Below, piece after piece: positions 16,572 to 24,432 of a stretch of 32,000 nt of DNA (positions within the stretch are counted from its first letter, which is position 1; the number at the start of each line of letters is the position of its first letter). The position numbers and the translations under genes were made by a program. The notes under the pieces are model-generated. The model made no database searches, had not been told where the DNA came from, and saw nothing but the letters and a program-made list of their open reading frames with translations. The stretch covers positions 1-32,000 of the forward strand of contig CAZMGA010000006.1 of assembly GCA_964565725.1 (NCBI GenBank). The letters run 5' to 3'. This DNA is from an uncultured archaeon. GTDB taxonomy: Archaea; Iainarchaeota; Iainarchaeia; Iainarchaeales; 0-14-0-20-30-16.

Positions 16572-16750
16572 TTACACACCTCACAGATTAATATAATATA
16601 TATTATAATATAATAATAAGGAACATATTTAAATATATAGTTTATAAAAAGATCTTATTTTTTAATTTTAAATTTATAATAATAAAACAATAGAAATGTA
16701 TATAAATGAATTATTTAATATTTTAATTTATAATTTTTATTGAAAATTAT

Positions 16751-16768
16751 AGAAACCTATTTAAATGA
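16751..16768 (+). promoter_or_regulatory. Candidate BRE/TATA promoter giving a leaderless transcript for the 16787 gene
   Basis: Purine-rich AGAAAC followed by CTATTTAAATG. The TATA centre is ~24 nt upstream of the ATG at 16787, and there is no SD in between. Confidence 0.4.
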
Positions 16769-16786
16769 TAAATATATATTTGTTTC

Positions 16787-17734
16787 ATGAACCAAAAATA
16801 TTTAAAAAAAACTTATAAAATTTTAAAAGACATAAAGAGTATAAAAATTCAAGGTGCTTCAAAAGTAGAGTTAGCAGTAAAAGAAGCATTTTTAGAAGAA
16901 TTAAAAGATTTTTCAGAAAATAAAGATTTTAATTATTTTTTTAAATTATCTAAAAAATTTTGGAATTGTAGACCTACAGAACCAGCTGTAAAAAATTTTT
17001 TAATTGTTTTTTTAGAATTTGCTAAAAAAAATATAAATTATAAAAATAAACTAATTAATTTTGTTGAAGATAGTATTAATAATCAAACAAAAGCAATAGA
17101 TAAAATCACAAAATTTGTAAATAAAGAAATTAAAGATGAAGTAATAGTTTTTACTCATTGTCATTCAAATATAGTTGAAAATTCTATTAAAGAATTAAAT
17201 AAATATAATAAAATAAAATTTGTAGTAAATACAGAAACAAGGCCATTATATCAAGGAAGAATTACTTCTAAAAATATTGCAAAATTAGGTATAAAAGTTT
17301 ATCATGTAATTGATTCTTCAGTTTATGCTTTAGCGAGTTATTTAATTTCTAAAAATGAAAAAATTGTTTTTTTAAGTGGTTCTGATGTAATTTCAAAAAA
17401 TGGAGATTTGGTGAATAAAATAGGCACATCTCAAATTAGTCTTTGTTTGAATAATTTAGGAATAAAACATTATGTTTTAACTACAAGTTCTAAAGTTGCC
17501 CCTTATGGTATAAATTATGACTCTTTAGATGATGTAGAAATAAGAAAGCCTAAAGAAATTTGGTTAGAAAGAAATAAAAAAATAGATGTTATTAATTATT
17601 GTTTTGATATTACAAATAATAAATTAATATATAGAATAATTTCTGAAAAAGGTATATTTAAACCAAAAGAAATAGTAAAAATAAAACAATATTCTAAAAA
17701 AGAAAAAGAGTATTATGATTTATTAAAAGAATAG
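16787..17734 (+). CDS. eIF-2B alpha/beta/delta-family protein, probable ribose-1,5-bisphosphate isomerase
   Basis: Family pattern IKIQGASKV, CRPTEPAVKN, VFTHCHS, NTETRPLYQGR, SGSDVISKNGDLVNKIGTSQISL. The isomerase assignment rests on the immediately adjacent AMP phosphorylase gene. Confidence 0.6.
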   Translation: MNQKYLKKTYKILKDIKSIKIQGASKVELAVKEAFLEELKDFSENKDFNYFFKLSKKFWNCRPTEPAVKNFLIVFLEFAKKNINYKNKLINFVEDSINNQTKAIDKITKFVNKEIKDEVIVFTHCHSNIVENSIKELNKYNKIKFVVNTETRPLYQGRITSKNIAKLGIKVYHVIDSSVYALASYLISKNEKIVFLSGSDVISKNGDLVNKIGTSQISLCLNNLGIKHYVLTTSSKVAPYGINYDSLDDVEIRKPKEIWLERNKKIDVINYCFDITNNKLIYRIISEKGIFKPKEIVKIKQYSKKEKEYYDLLKE

Positions 17735-17742
17735 GTGATGTT

Positions 17743-19272
17743 ATGGATAATGAATTTAGTTTAAAATTAAAAATTCAAGACATAGGTTTTGAAACTCCAG
17801 CTATAATTTGTATATTGAATGAAAAAGATGCACGAAATTTTGGTGTGGTTCCAGATGATAGAATAATATTAAAAAATATGGATAGTGGACAATATATTTC
17901 CGCTGTTGTAGATGTTTCAAAAAAAACAGTTAAACAAGGATTTATTGGAATATCTGAAACTGTTAAAGAAGAATTAAATTTAATTAATAATAATTACTTA
18001 TATATTAGTCATGCTGCAAAACCAAAAAGTTTTGATTATATTAAAAAGAAAATTGCAAATGAACCTTTAACTAATGATGAGATGAAAGAATTAGTACATG
18101 ATATTCAACATAACGCATTATCTACTATAGAATTAACTGCATTTATTACTGCTGTAAAAATAAATGGATATAATGTAGATGAAACTTATTCTATGGCTAA
18201 ATATATTGCAGATAGTGGAGATAAATTGAAATTAAATGTGGATGGTATTATTGTTGATAAACACAGTATAGGTGGAATAAATGGTAGGGCTACAATGATA
18301 GTAGTACCAATAATTGCTAATTTTGATCAATTATATATGCCTAAAACTTCTTCAAGAGCAATTACTTCCCCAGCAGGTACTGCTGATGCTATGGAAGTAT
18401 TAACCAATGTATCTTTAGATATAAATCAATTATCACAAGTTGTAGAAAAAACACACGGAGCTTTAGTTTGGGGTGGAGGATTTAACTTTGCACCAGTAGA
18501 TGACAAAATTATTAAAATTGAAAGACCTTTAAGAATAGATCCACAAGGTCAAGTAATAGCATCAGTTTTGTCTAAAAAAAGAGCTGTAGGGGCACAGAAA
18601 GTAGTAATAGATGTTCCTGTAGGTGCAGATATGAAAGTCAAAACTTTGCCGGAAGCTGAAGATGTAGCTACTAGATTTGTGAATGTAGGAAAAAAATTAG
18701 ATATGGATATTAGAGGTGTAATAACTAATGCAAATACTCCTTGTGGTGCTGCATTTGGTTCTGCTTTAGAAGCAAAATATGCTATGGAAATTTTAGAAGG
18801 TAAATTTTATGATAATTTAGCTGAAAAATCTTGTGAATTAGCAGGTCAAGTTTTAGAATTATCTGGCGTAGCTAGTAAAGGCGAAGGTACTACAAAAGCT
18901 AAAGAAATTTTAAAAAGTGGAAAAGCATTAACAAAAATGAAACAAATTATTGATGCTCAAGGAAAGAAAATAAACAATTCCAAAGATGTTCCTATTGGGG
19001 AATATTATTATGATGTTTTAGCAAAAGATAGAGGTACAATATTAAGTCAAGGCGTTTTTAATTTTACAACTATTGCTTTATCAGCTGGGGCTCCATTTGA
19101 TAAAGGTGCAGGAGTATTATTAAAAAAGAAAATAAACGATCAAGTAGAAAAAGATGATGTATTATATAGAATTTATGCTAATAACAAAGATAAATTAGAA
19201 TATGCAAAAAAAATGGCTGAAAAATTAGAGCCTATAAAATTGGAAGATATTATTATTAAAGAAATATCTTAA
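17743..19272 (+). CDS. deoA: AMP phosphorylase (archaeal DeoA-like thymidine-phosphorylase family with N-terminal extension)
   Basis: 509 aa. An N-terminal extra domain (LKIQDIGFETPAIICILNEKDARNFGV) is followed by the glycosyltransferase-family-3 core (DKHSIGGINGRATMIVVPI, SSRAITSPAGTADAMEVL, WGGGFNFAPVDD). SD AGGTGAT lies upstream. Confidence 0.8.
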   Translation: MDNEFSLKLKIQDIGFETPAIICILNEKDARNFGVVPDDRIILKNMDSGQYISAVVDVSKKTVKQGFIGISETVKEELNLINNNYLYISHAAKPKSFDYIKKKIANEPLTNDEMKELVHDIQHNALSTIELTAFITAVKINGYNVDETYSMAKYIADSGDKLKLNVDGIIVDKHSIGGINGRATMIVVPIIANFDQLYMPKTSSRAITSPAGTADAMEVLTNVSLDINQLSQVVEKTHGALVWGGGFNFAPVDDKIIKIERPLRIDPQGQVIASVLSKKRAVGAQKVVIDVPVGADMKVKTLPEAEDVATRFVNVGKKLDMDIRGVITNANTPCGAAFGSALEAKYAMEILEGKFYDNLAEKSCELAGQVLELSGVASKGEGTTKAKEILKSGKALTKMKQIIDAQGKKINNSKDVPIGEYYYDVLAKDRGTILSQGVFNFTTIALSAGAPFDKGAGVLLKKKINDQVEKDDVLYRIYANNKDKLEYAKKMAEKLEPIKLEDIIIKEIS

Positions 19273-19280
19273 ATTTTATA

Positions 19281-19823
19281 TTATTTTTTTAATATTGCTG
19301 TTATTTTTTCAATACTTCTAGTAATATCTGCTTCTGATTTAGCTCCAGCACAAATCATTTTTCCATTTTTAAATAATAATAGACTTACCATTGGATCATA
19401 TAATCTAACAATAGCTCCAGGAAATTGTTCTGGTTCATATTCTACATTATCTAATTTTGTTGCTAATGTAAATAAATCTACTTTTAAATCTAATTTTGCA
19501 GATGCTACTAAATTAACTATTTTATAGGTTGGTTTTGTAGGTATAACTATATTAGGAGTAATTTCTTTTAATAATTTACATGTATTAATAATTCCTTTTG
19601 GGATTTCTGATTCTTTTTGAGCTCCAGCACAATTAATTTTTCCATTTTTAAATAAAGTTATTGTCATTTTAGGTTCATCTAATCTCATTATAGCTCCAGG
19701 AAATTGTTCTGGCTCGTATTCTACGCTAGGTAATGAAACAGCTATATTAAATAAATCTAAATTAGCACCTAAATTACTTACTGCAACTAAATTAACTATA
19801 TTATATTCTTTATCTTTACCCAA
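19281..19823 (-). CDS. tbp: TATA-box binding protein
   Basis: Two internal repeats, each with IVNLVA...LDL...EYEPEQFPGAI.RL...LLFKNGK..CAGA. The TTG start (19823-19821) is preceded by GGTGAT (19834-19829) at 5-nt spacing. Confidence 0.95.
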   Translation of the reverse strand: MGKDKEYNIVNLVAVSNLGANLDLFNIAVSLPSVEYEPEQFPGAIMRLDEPKMTITLFKNGKINCAGAQKESEIPKGIINTCKLLKEITPNIVIPTKPTYKIVNLVASAKLDLKVDLFTLATKLDNVEYEPEQFPGAIVRLYDPMVSLLLFKNGKMICAGAKSEADITRSIEKITAILKK

Positions 19824-19926
19824 AAACTATCACCTTTAAACACATAAAATTATACTTAAAAAAAGAATGATAGAAACATTTATAAATAAACCTATTATAA
19901 ATAATATATTATAAAGGGGGATTTTT

Positions 19927-20853
19927 ATGTTTGAAGGAAACCAAGATGATGTTGGTGCAATGCCAGATTTAGGCGCACCAGAAAAAAAGAATTTTTTTCA
20001 AAAAATATTTTCAAAAGGAGAAACTGCTATACCTATAATTTTAGTAGTAGTTTTGTTAATAGTATTAGTATTTGCTTTTGGCAATACAGATTATTCAAAT
20101 ATACCTTTAATTGGAGGAGCAATAAAATCTATTGCTGGTGAAAAAATGTATAGTGTATTAGTTGTAGGTCAACCAGATGCTATAGCTATGTCTTCAATTT
20201 ATGGTAATAATGATTTTACAAAAAAATATCGTTTTGTATTTAAAAGTGAAAATGATGGTTCTTTAGAGAGATATCCAGAAAATACTTTAAATCAATATGA
20301 TTTTATAATTATAGATCAAACAGAATCAACAACTTCTGAAGGACAAAAAAGAACTTTACCTTATCAATTTACTAAAGCTATAACTAATTATGTAAAAGGC
20401 GGTAAAAGTGTAATGTTCGTAGGTAATTCAGGTCATTTAGCAACTAATTATGATGATGCTTATGGTTGGAAAGCAACTTATGGAAATATAGTTCCGATGG
20501 ATTGTAGTGCAAGTTATAATTTAACTGCTCCTTGTGAGGAATATAGTAAAATTACTATTACAGGTGTTTTAGAAAATACTCATCAAAGTAATGTTTTAGA
20601 TGGTATTGAACAATTCCCTACAGTTGCACAAAAAGAAATGGGAGTTCCAGGAATTTCATTTTCTTTGTTTAATGTAAATTTAACAAATAATTCAAAAGAA
20701 TGGATGTCTATAAAAGATATAAGAACTAATATGTCTTATCCAGGAATATTAGTAAGTAATAGTATGTTAGGTGGAAAGGTAGTTTATTTATCATTCCAAG
20801 ATTATGGTAGAATTCCAGATATAATGCAAAGATTGTTTACTTATTTACTTTAA
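19927..20853 (+). CDS. Hypothetical single-pass membrane protein with a large extracytoplasmic alpha/beta domain
   Basis: TM helix AIPIILVVVLLIVLVFAF near the N-terminus. The following domain (YSVLVVGQ...YDFIIIDQ...NYVKGGKSVMFVGNSG) looks flavodoxin-like or GATase1-like by eye only. SD AAGGGGGA lies upstream. Confidence 0.5.
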   Translation: MFEGNQDDVGAMPDLGAPEKKNFFQKIFSKGETAIPIILVVVLLIVLVFAFGNTDYSNIPLIGGAIKSIAGEKMYSVLVVGQPDAIAMSSIYGNNDFTKKYRFVFKSENDGSLERYPENTLNQYDFIIIDQTESTTSEGQKRTLPYQFTKAITNYVKGGKSVMFVGNSGHLATNYDDAYGWKATYGNIVPMDCSASYNLTAPCEEYSKITITGVLENTHQSNVLDGIEQFPTVAQKEMGVPGISFSLFNVNLTNNSKEWMSIKDIRTNMSYPGILVSNSMLGGKVVYLSFQDYGRIPDIMQRLFTYLL

Positions 20854-20860
20854 ACAAATC

Positions 20861-20880
20861 TTTCCCCTTTTTTTATTTTT
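20861..20880 (+). terminator. Oligo-T transcription terminator candidate
   Basis: TTTCCCCTTTTTTTATTTTT directly follows the stop at 20853. Archaeal termination commonly uses T-runs. Confidence 0.35.
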
Positions 20881-20913
20881 TTATTTTTAATTTAATATTT
20901 ATAGTGGTTAAAT

Positions 20914-21972
20914 ATGTTTGATGGTGTTAGTTTAATAATTTATAATAATGCAAATATTCCTAATTGGATATTGTTTATAATAAATGTAATTGGTTTTTTA
21001 ATTGCTTTAAAAATAGTTTATTTTGTATTAAAAGTAGTATTAAAATTAATTACTAAAAAAACAAAAAATAATTTTGATGATGAATTATTAAGAATAATTG
21101 AATATCCTTTAATAATTATTATATCTTTGTTTTTTTCAAAAATATCTCTATCTATTTTAGGATTATCAGATTCTGTTTTAAATATTATAAATATTATAAT
21201 CAATATTTTATTATTAGGAGTTATCACTTGGTTTTTATATTCTTTAATAAATGTTGTTTATCAAAATATATTAGTACCTATATCTAAAAGAAGTAAATCT
21301 AATTTAGATGATAGGTTATATCCTCTTTTACGTAAAGTATTAAAAGTAATATTAATTTGTTTTAGTGTATTATATTTTTTTGATTTAGTAGGTATAAATA
21401 TTACTCCCTTATTAGCTGGTGCAGGTATTGGTGGTGTAGCAATTGCTTTTGCTGCACAAAAAAGCATAAGTGATTTGTTTGGAGGAGTTTCAATTTTAGC
21501 TGATAAAGCTTATTTTGTAGGAGATAGAATAAAAGTAAATGATGTTATTGGAACAGTAGTTGATTTGGGATTAAGAAGTACAAAATTAAAAACTTTTGAT
21601 GAAACAGTAATAACTATACCTAATAGTGTTATGGCTGAAAGTAATATTGAAAATTTTAATAAAAATAATAAAGCAATAACTGTTAGAAATACAATAGGTT
21701 TAACTTATAACACTTCTAATGAAAAATTAAACAAAGCTAAAAAAATAATAATAGATATATTATCTAAAAATGAACATGTTATTGATACTCCAGTTATTAA
21801 TTTTACAAATTTTAATGCTTTCTCTTTAGATTTGGCTTTATCTTTTAAAATTGATAATTTTGAAAATAAATCTATTGTTTTAGATAATATTAACATGAAA
21901 ATTAAAGAAAAATTTGAAAAAGAAAAAATAGAATTTGCATATCCTTCTCAAACAATATATCTAAAAAAGTAA
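20914..21972 (+). CDS. mscS: Small-conductance mechanosensitive channel (MscS family)
   Basis: N-terminal TM helices, then the pore helix and beta domain GIGGVAIAFAAQKSISDLFGGVSILADKAYFVGDRIKV...GTVVDLGLRSTKLKTFDETVITIPNS. Confidence 0.9.
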   Translation: MFDGVSLIIYNNANIPNWILFIINVIGFLIALKIVYFVLKVVLKLITKKTKNNFDDELLRIIEYPLIIIISLFFSKISLSILGLSDSVLNIINIIINILLLGVITWFLYSLINVVYQNILVPISKRSKSNLDDRLYPLLRKVLKVILICFSVLYFFDLVGINITPLLAGAGIGGVAIAFAAQKSISDLFGGVSILADKAYFVGDRIKVNDVIGTVVDLGLRSTKLKTFDETVITIPNSVMAESNIENFNKNNKAITVRNTIGLTYNTSNEKLNKAKKIIIDILSKNEHVIDTPVINFTNFNAFSLDLALSFKIDNFENKSIVLDNINMKIKEKFEKEKIEFAYPSQTIYLKK

Positions 21973-22043
21973 ATTTATATAGGTATGCGTATTATATAAT
22001 TAATATTAAATTTATTATTATTTAATTAAAGGGGTGTGTTTTT

Positions 22044-22358
22044 ATGAGTAAAAAAGAAATTAATGATTTAATTTTAAAGTATCAAAGAACAGGTAATTTA
22101 GATAAAGCTAGATGGTTAGAAACAATAGATAAGAGAATTCCATTATCTTTCAAAAAAAGAATAATTGAAAATGATAAAACTGTTTTAAGAGAATTAATAT
22201 TGCCTAATTGGTTAACTTGGGAATTTTTGAGAGATTGGGCTATGGATGACGCTCAACAAGTTATATGTAGTGCTTGTGGTGAAAGAGTAACTGAATTTGT
22301 GCATTATAAACAAATTAATCTTTGTAGAGAATGTTTAGAAAGTTTAACTAAGATGTAA
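22044..22358 (+). CDS. Hypothetical small protein with a C-terminal CxxC...CxxC zinc-ribbon
   Basis: 104 aa. C-terminal ICSACGERVTEFVHYKQINLCRECLESL. SD-like AAAGGGGTG lies upstream. The stop is 1 nt before the next ATG. Confidence 0.55.
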   Translation: MSKKEINDLILKYQRTGNLDKARWLETIDKRIPLSFKKRIIENDKTVLRELILPNWLTWEFLRDWAMDDAQQVICSACGERVTEFVHYKQINLCRECLESLTKM

Positions 22359-22359
22359 T

Positions 22360-23934
22360 ATGTACAAAAAAATAATTATTTTATTTCTTTTTTTATTTTT
22401 GTTTATATTACCTGTATATTCTAATAGGATTACATATAATATAATTTCAGAAAATCCTAGTAGTACCCCTTATTTTATAGGCACATATATTAAAGATTTT
22501 TCAATTGGTTTTCAAGATGCTTATAATAAAACAGTAAATATGAATTTATCAAATTTATCTGTAAATTTTGGAGATAAAAAACAAATTTTTAAAAAAGAAA
22601 GTGATAATTTATATCATTTAAAAAATTTTTACATTACTTCAGATATTGTAAATAACAATAAATTAAATGTAGAAATAAAAACAACTTTATCAAAAGAATA
22701 TCAAAATATAAGTAATACTTATTTATTAGAAAATATTTCTAATATTATAAAAACTGATTTTGATTCTGAAAAATATAATAAATTAACATTAGGGGAAACA
22801 ATAAATTTAAGTTTTAATTATGATAATTTAAACAATAAAATATCTAATATGAGTTGTTTATTAAATAATGTTTACGAGTTCAATTGTAATAATAAAGCAT
22901 GTAATTATAATTATGTTGTTGAAAATGAAGAATCAATATTAATTACTTGTACATTTCAAAAGTTAGAAAATAATATTAATAAAAAATATCCTTTAAGTTA
23001 TAAAATAAATCCTGTTTTTATTGAAGGAATAAAATTGTCTAATATAATTAATCCTAAAAATGGAGTAATATATAATCCTTTTGAGGTTTGTTTTTCTGTT
23101 AAATATAATAGTGATCATCAATTAACTGAATATGGTGTTTTTAAATTTTATTTTAATAATAAAGAAATAGATTATTATCAAAAAGATAATTATTTTTGTT
23201 TTAATGAATTTTTAATTCCTTTAACTAATTTAAAAGGTAATATGAAATTTAATTATTTAAATAAAGATTATGAGTATCCTATTGATATAAAATTAAAATT
23301 TGGTCCTTATTGGATTGGTTTTATTATAATTTTATTATTATTTATCTCTGTAAATATTATATTAATTGTTTTAAATGTTAACAATAAAGAAGATTTAGAT
23401 TCATTAGTTAAGAAAAGAGATTTATATAATACTAAATTAAAATTAGTAAAAGAAAGATATTTAAAAGGAGAAATAAATAAAAAAGAGTTTCAAAAAGATT
23501 TAGAAGAATATACTATAAAAATATCTTGGTTAAATGAAAAAATAATTTACAGTAAAAATTTAAGTAGTTCTAATTATGATGTTGAAAAAATTAAAAAAGA
23601 AGCATCTAAAGAATTATTAGGTATAATTAATGCAAAACCTCAAGTTATTAAAACAGAAGTAAATGAAAATATATCTGAAAATAAAGAATTAACATTAGAA
23701 GAAACAGAAATAAAGGATATTCCAAAGTATACATTAAAAGAAAGAATTAAAGAAAATTTTGAAAACATTCTTTCTAAAATCAAAAATTTGTTTAAACCTA
23801 AAAAACCATTACAGAAAGAACAATTAAAAAATGATGTTGAAGCATTTGACATCAAAGTAGAAGATGATAATGAATTAAAAGAATTAATTAAATCAAATAA
23901 AAATGATTTTAATATTAAAGATTGGGAAAAGTAA
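22360..23934 (+). CDS. Hypothetical secreted/single-pass surface protein with a cytoplasmic coiled-coil tail
   Basis: Signal-peptide-like N-terminus (IIILFLFLFLFILPVYS), a ~300-aa Asn-rich beta-rich ectodomain with several Cys, and TM helix WIGFIIILLLFISVNIILIVL. A K/E-rich tail contains a SHOCT-like segment (LKLVKERYLKGEINKKEFQKDLEEY). Confidence 0.55.
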   Translation: MYKKIIILFLFLFLFILPVYSNRITYNIISENPSSTPYFIGTYIKDFSIGFQDAYNKTVNMNLSNLSVNFGDKKQIFKKESDNLYHLKNFYITSDIVNNNKLNVEIKTTLSKEYQNISNTYLLENISNIIKTDFDSEKYNKLTLGETINLSFNYDNLNNKISNMSCLLNNVYEFNCNNKACNYNYVVENEESILITCTFQKLENNINKKYPLSYKINPVFIEGIKLSNIINPKNGVIYNPFEVCFSVKYNSDHQLTEYGVFKFYFNNKEIDYYQKDNYFCFNEFLIPLTNLKGNMKFNYLNKDYEYPIDIKLKFGPYWIGFIIILLLFISVNIILIVLNVNNKEDLDSLVKKRDLYNTKLKLVKERYLKGEINKKEFQKDLEEYTIKISWLNEKIIYSKNLSSSNYDVEKIKKEASKELLGIINAKPQVIKTEVNENISENKELTLEETEIKDIPKYTLKERIKENFENILSKIKNLFKPKKPLQKEQLKNDVEAFDIKVEDDNELKELIKSNKNDFNIKDWEK

Positions 23935-23961
23935 TAAAAACTTTATTATGGAGATATATTT

Positions 23962-24153
23962 ATGGCTATTAAAGATTTCTTAAAAAAATTAGTACCTAAA
24001 GTAGGAGAAGAACCAAAAGAAAGTGTTCCTGAAAATAATGGTGAAAATTGTGCTTATTGTCAAGGAAATAATCCTGATAAAAAATGGATGGGTCAATTAT
24101 GGCATAAGGATTGTTTAAGAAAAGCAAAAAAAATGGCTAAAAAGATGATCTAA
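23962..24153 (+). CDS. Hypothetical small zinc-binding protein (CxxC...HxxC)
   Basis: 63 aa. CAYCQGNNPDKKWMGQLWHKDCLRKA has the same spacing and trailing C-L as the C-terminus of the 22044 product. SD GGAGAT lies upstream. Confidence 0.5.
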   Translation: MAIKDFLKKLVPKVGEEPKESVPENNGENCAYCQGNNPDKKWMGQLWHKDCLRKAKKMAKKMI

Positions 24154-24432
24154 ATGGGATTTGATTTCAAAAAAATTTTAAAACCAATTCAAGATATAAC
24201 AGATAAGTTTTGGGCTTTTACAACAAAAAGTGCATCTATATTTATAGCATTACTTTTTGTAATATTTTCTTTGGGTGCAATTTATGGTTATATAATTGCT
24301 TTACATAGTTTTTTTATTCCTAGTATAATATTATTATTAATAATCCCGCCTGGTTTAGGATTAATTGCTTATTATAATAGAGCTTTTGCTACAATATTAT
24401 TTATTTTATTATTAATTTTTATTTTTATTTAA
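24154..24432 (+). CDS. Hypothetical small membrane protein (2-3 TM helices)
   Basis: 92 aa, strongly hydrophobic. The ATG directly abuts the preceding TAA. Confidence 0.45.
   Translation: MGFDFKKILKPIQDITDKFWAFTTKSASIFIALLFVIFSLGAIYGYIIALHSFFIPSIILLLIIPPGLGLIAYYNRAFATILFILLLIFIFI

Noticed and set aside
15730-16596. 288-aa plus-strand ORF
   Set aside because: It lies entirely antisense to ftsZ. The long open frame arises from the Gly/Ala/Pro-rich complement of FtsZ codons, and no independent start or SD support exists.
16572-16786. The 215-bp AT-rich ftsZ/e2b2 divergent spacer as a possible replication origin
   Set aside because: There are no repeated ORB-like elements and no adjacent orc1/cdc6. 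The composition is no different from other promoter spacers, and it is adequately explained as two divergent promoters.
19411-19724. 35-nt direct repeat with two mismatches (ATAGCTCCAGGAAATTGTTCTGG[T/C]TC[A/G]TATTCTAC) at 19411-19445 and 19690-19724
   Set aside because: It is explained by the internal two-fold domain duplication of TBP (both copies encode EYEPEQFPGAI). It is not a mobile-element or CRISPR-type repeat.
21018-21896. Three minus-strand ORFs (21018-21227, 21261-21467, 21705-21896)
   Set aside because: All are antisense within the MscS channel gene, so they are shadow ORFs.
23640-23855. 71-aa minus-strand ORF
   Set aside because: It is antisense within the 22360-23934 gene, and its product is low-complexity.
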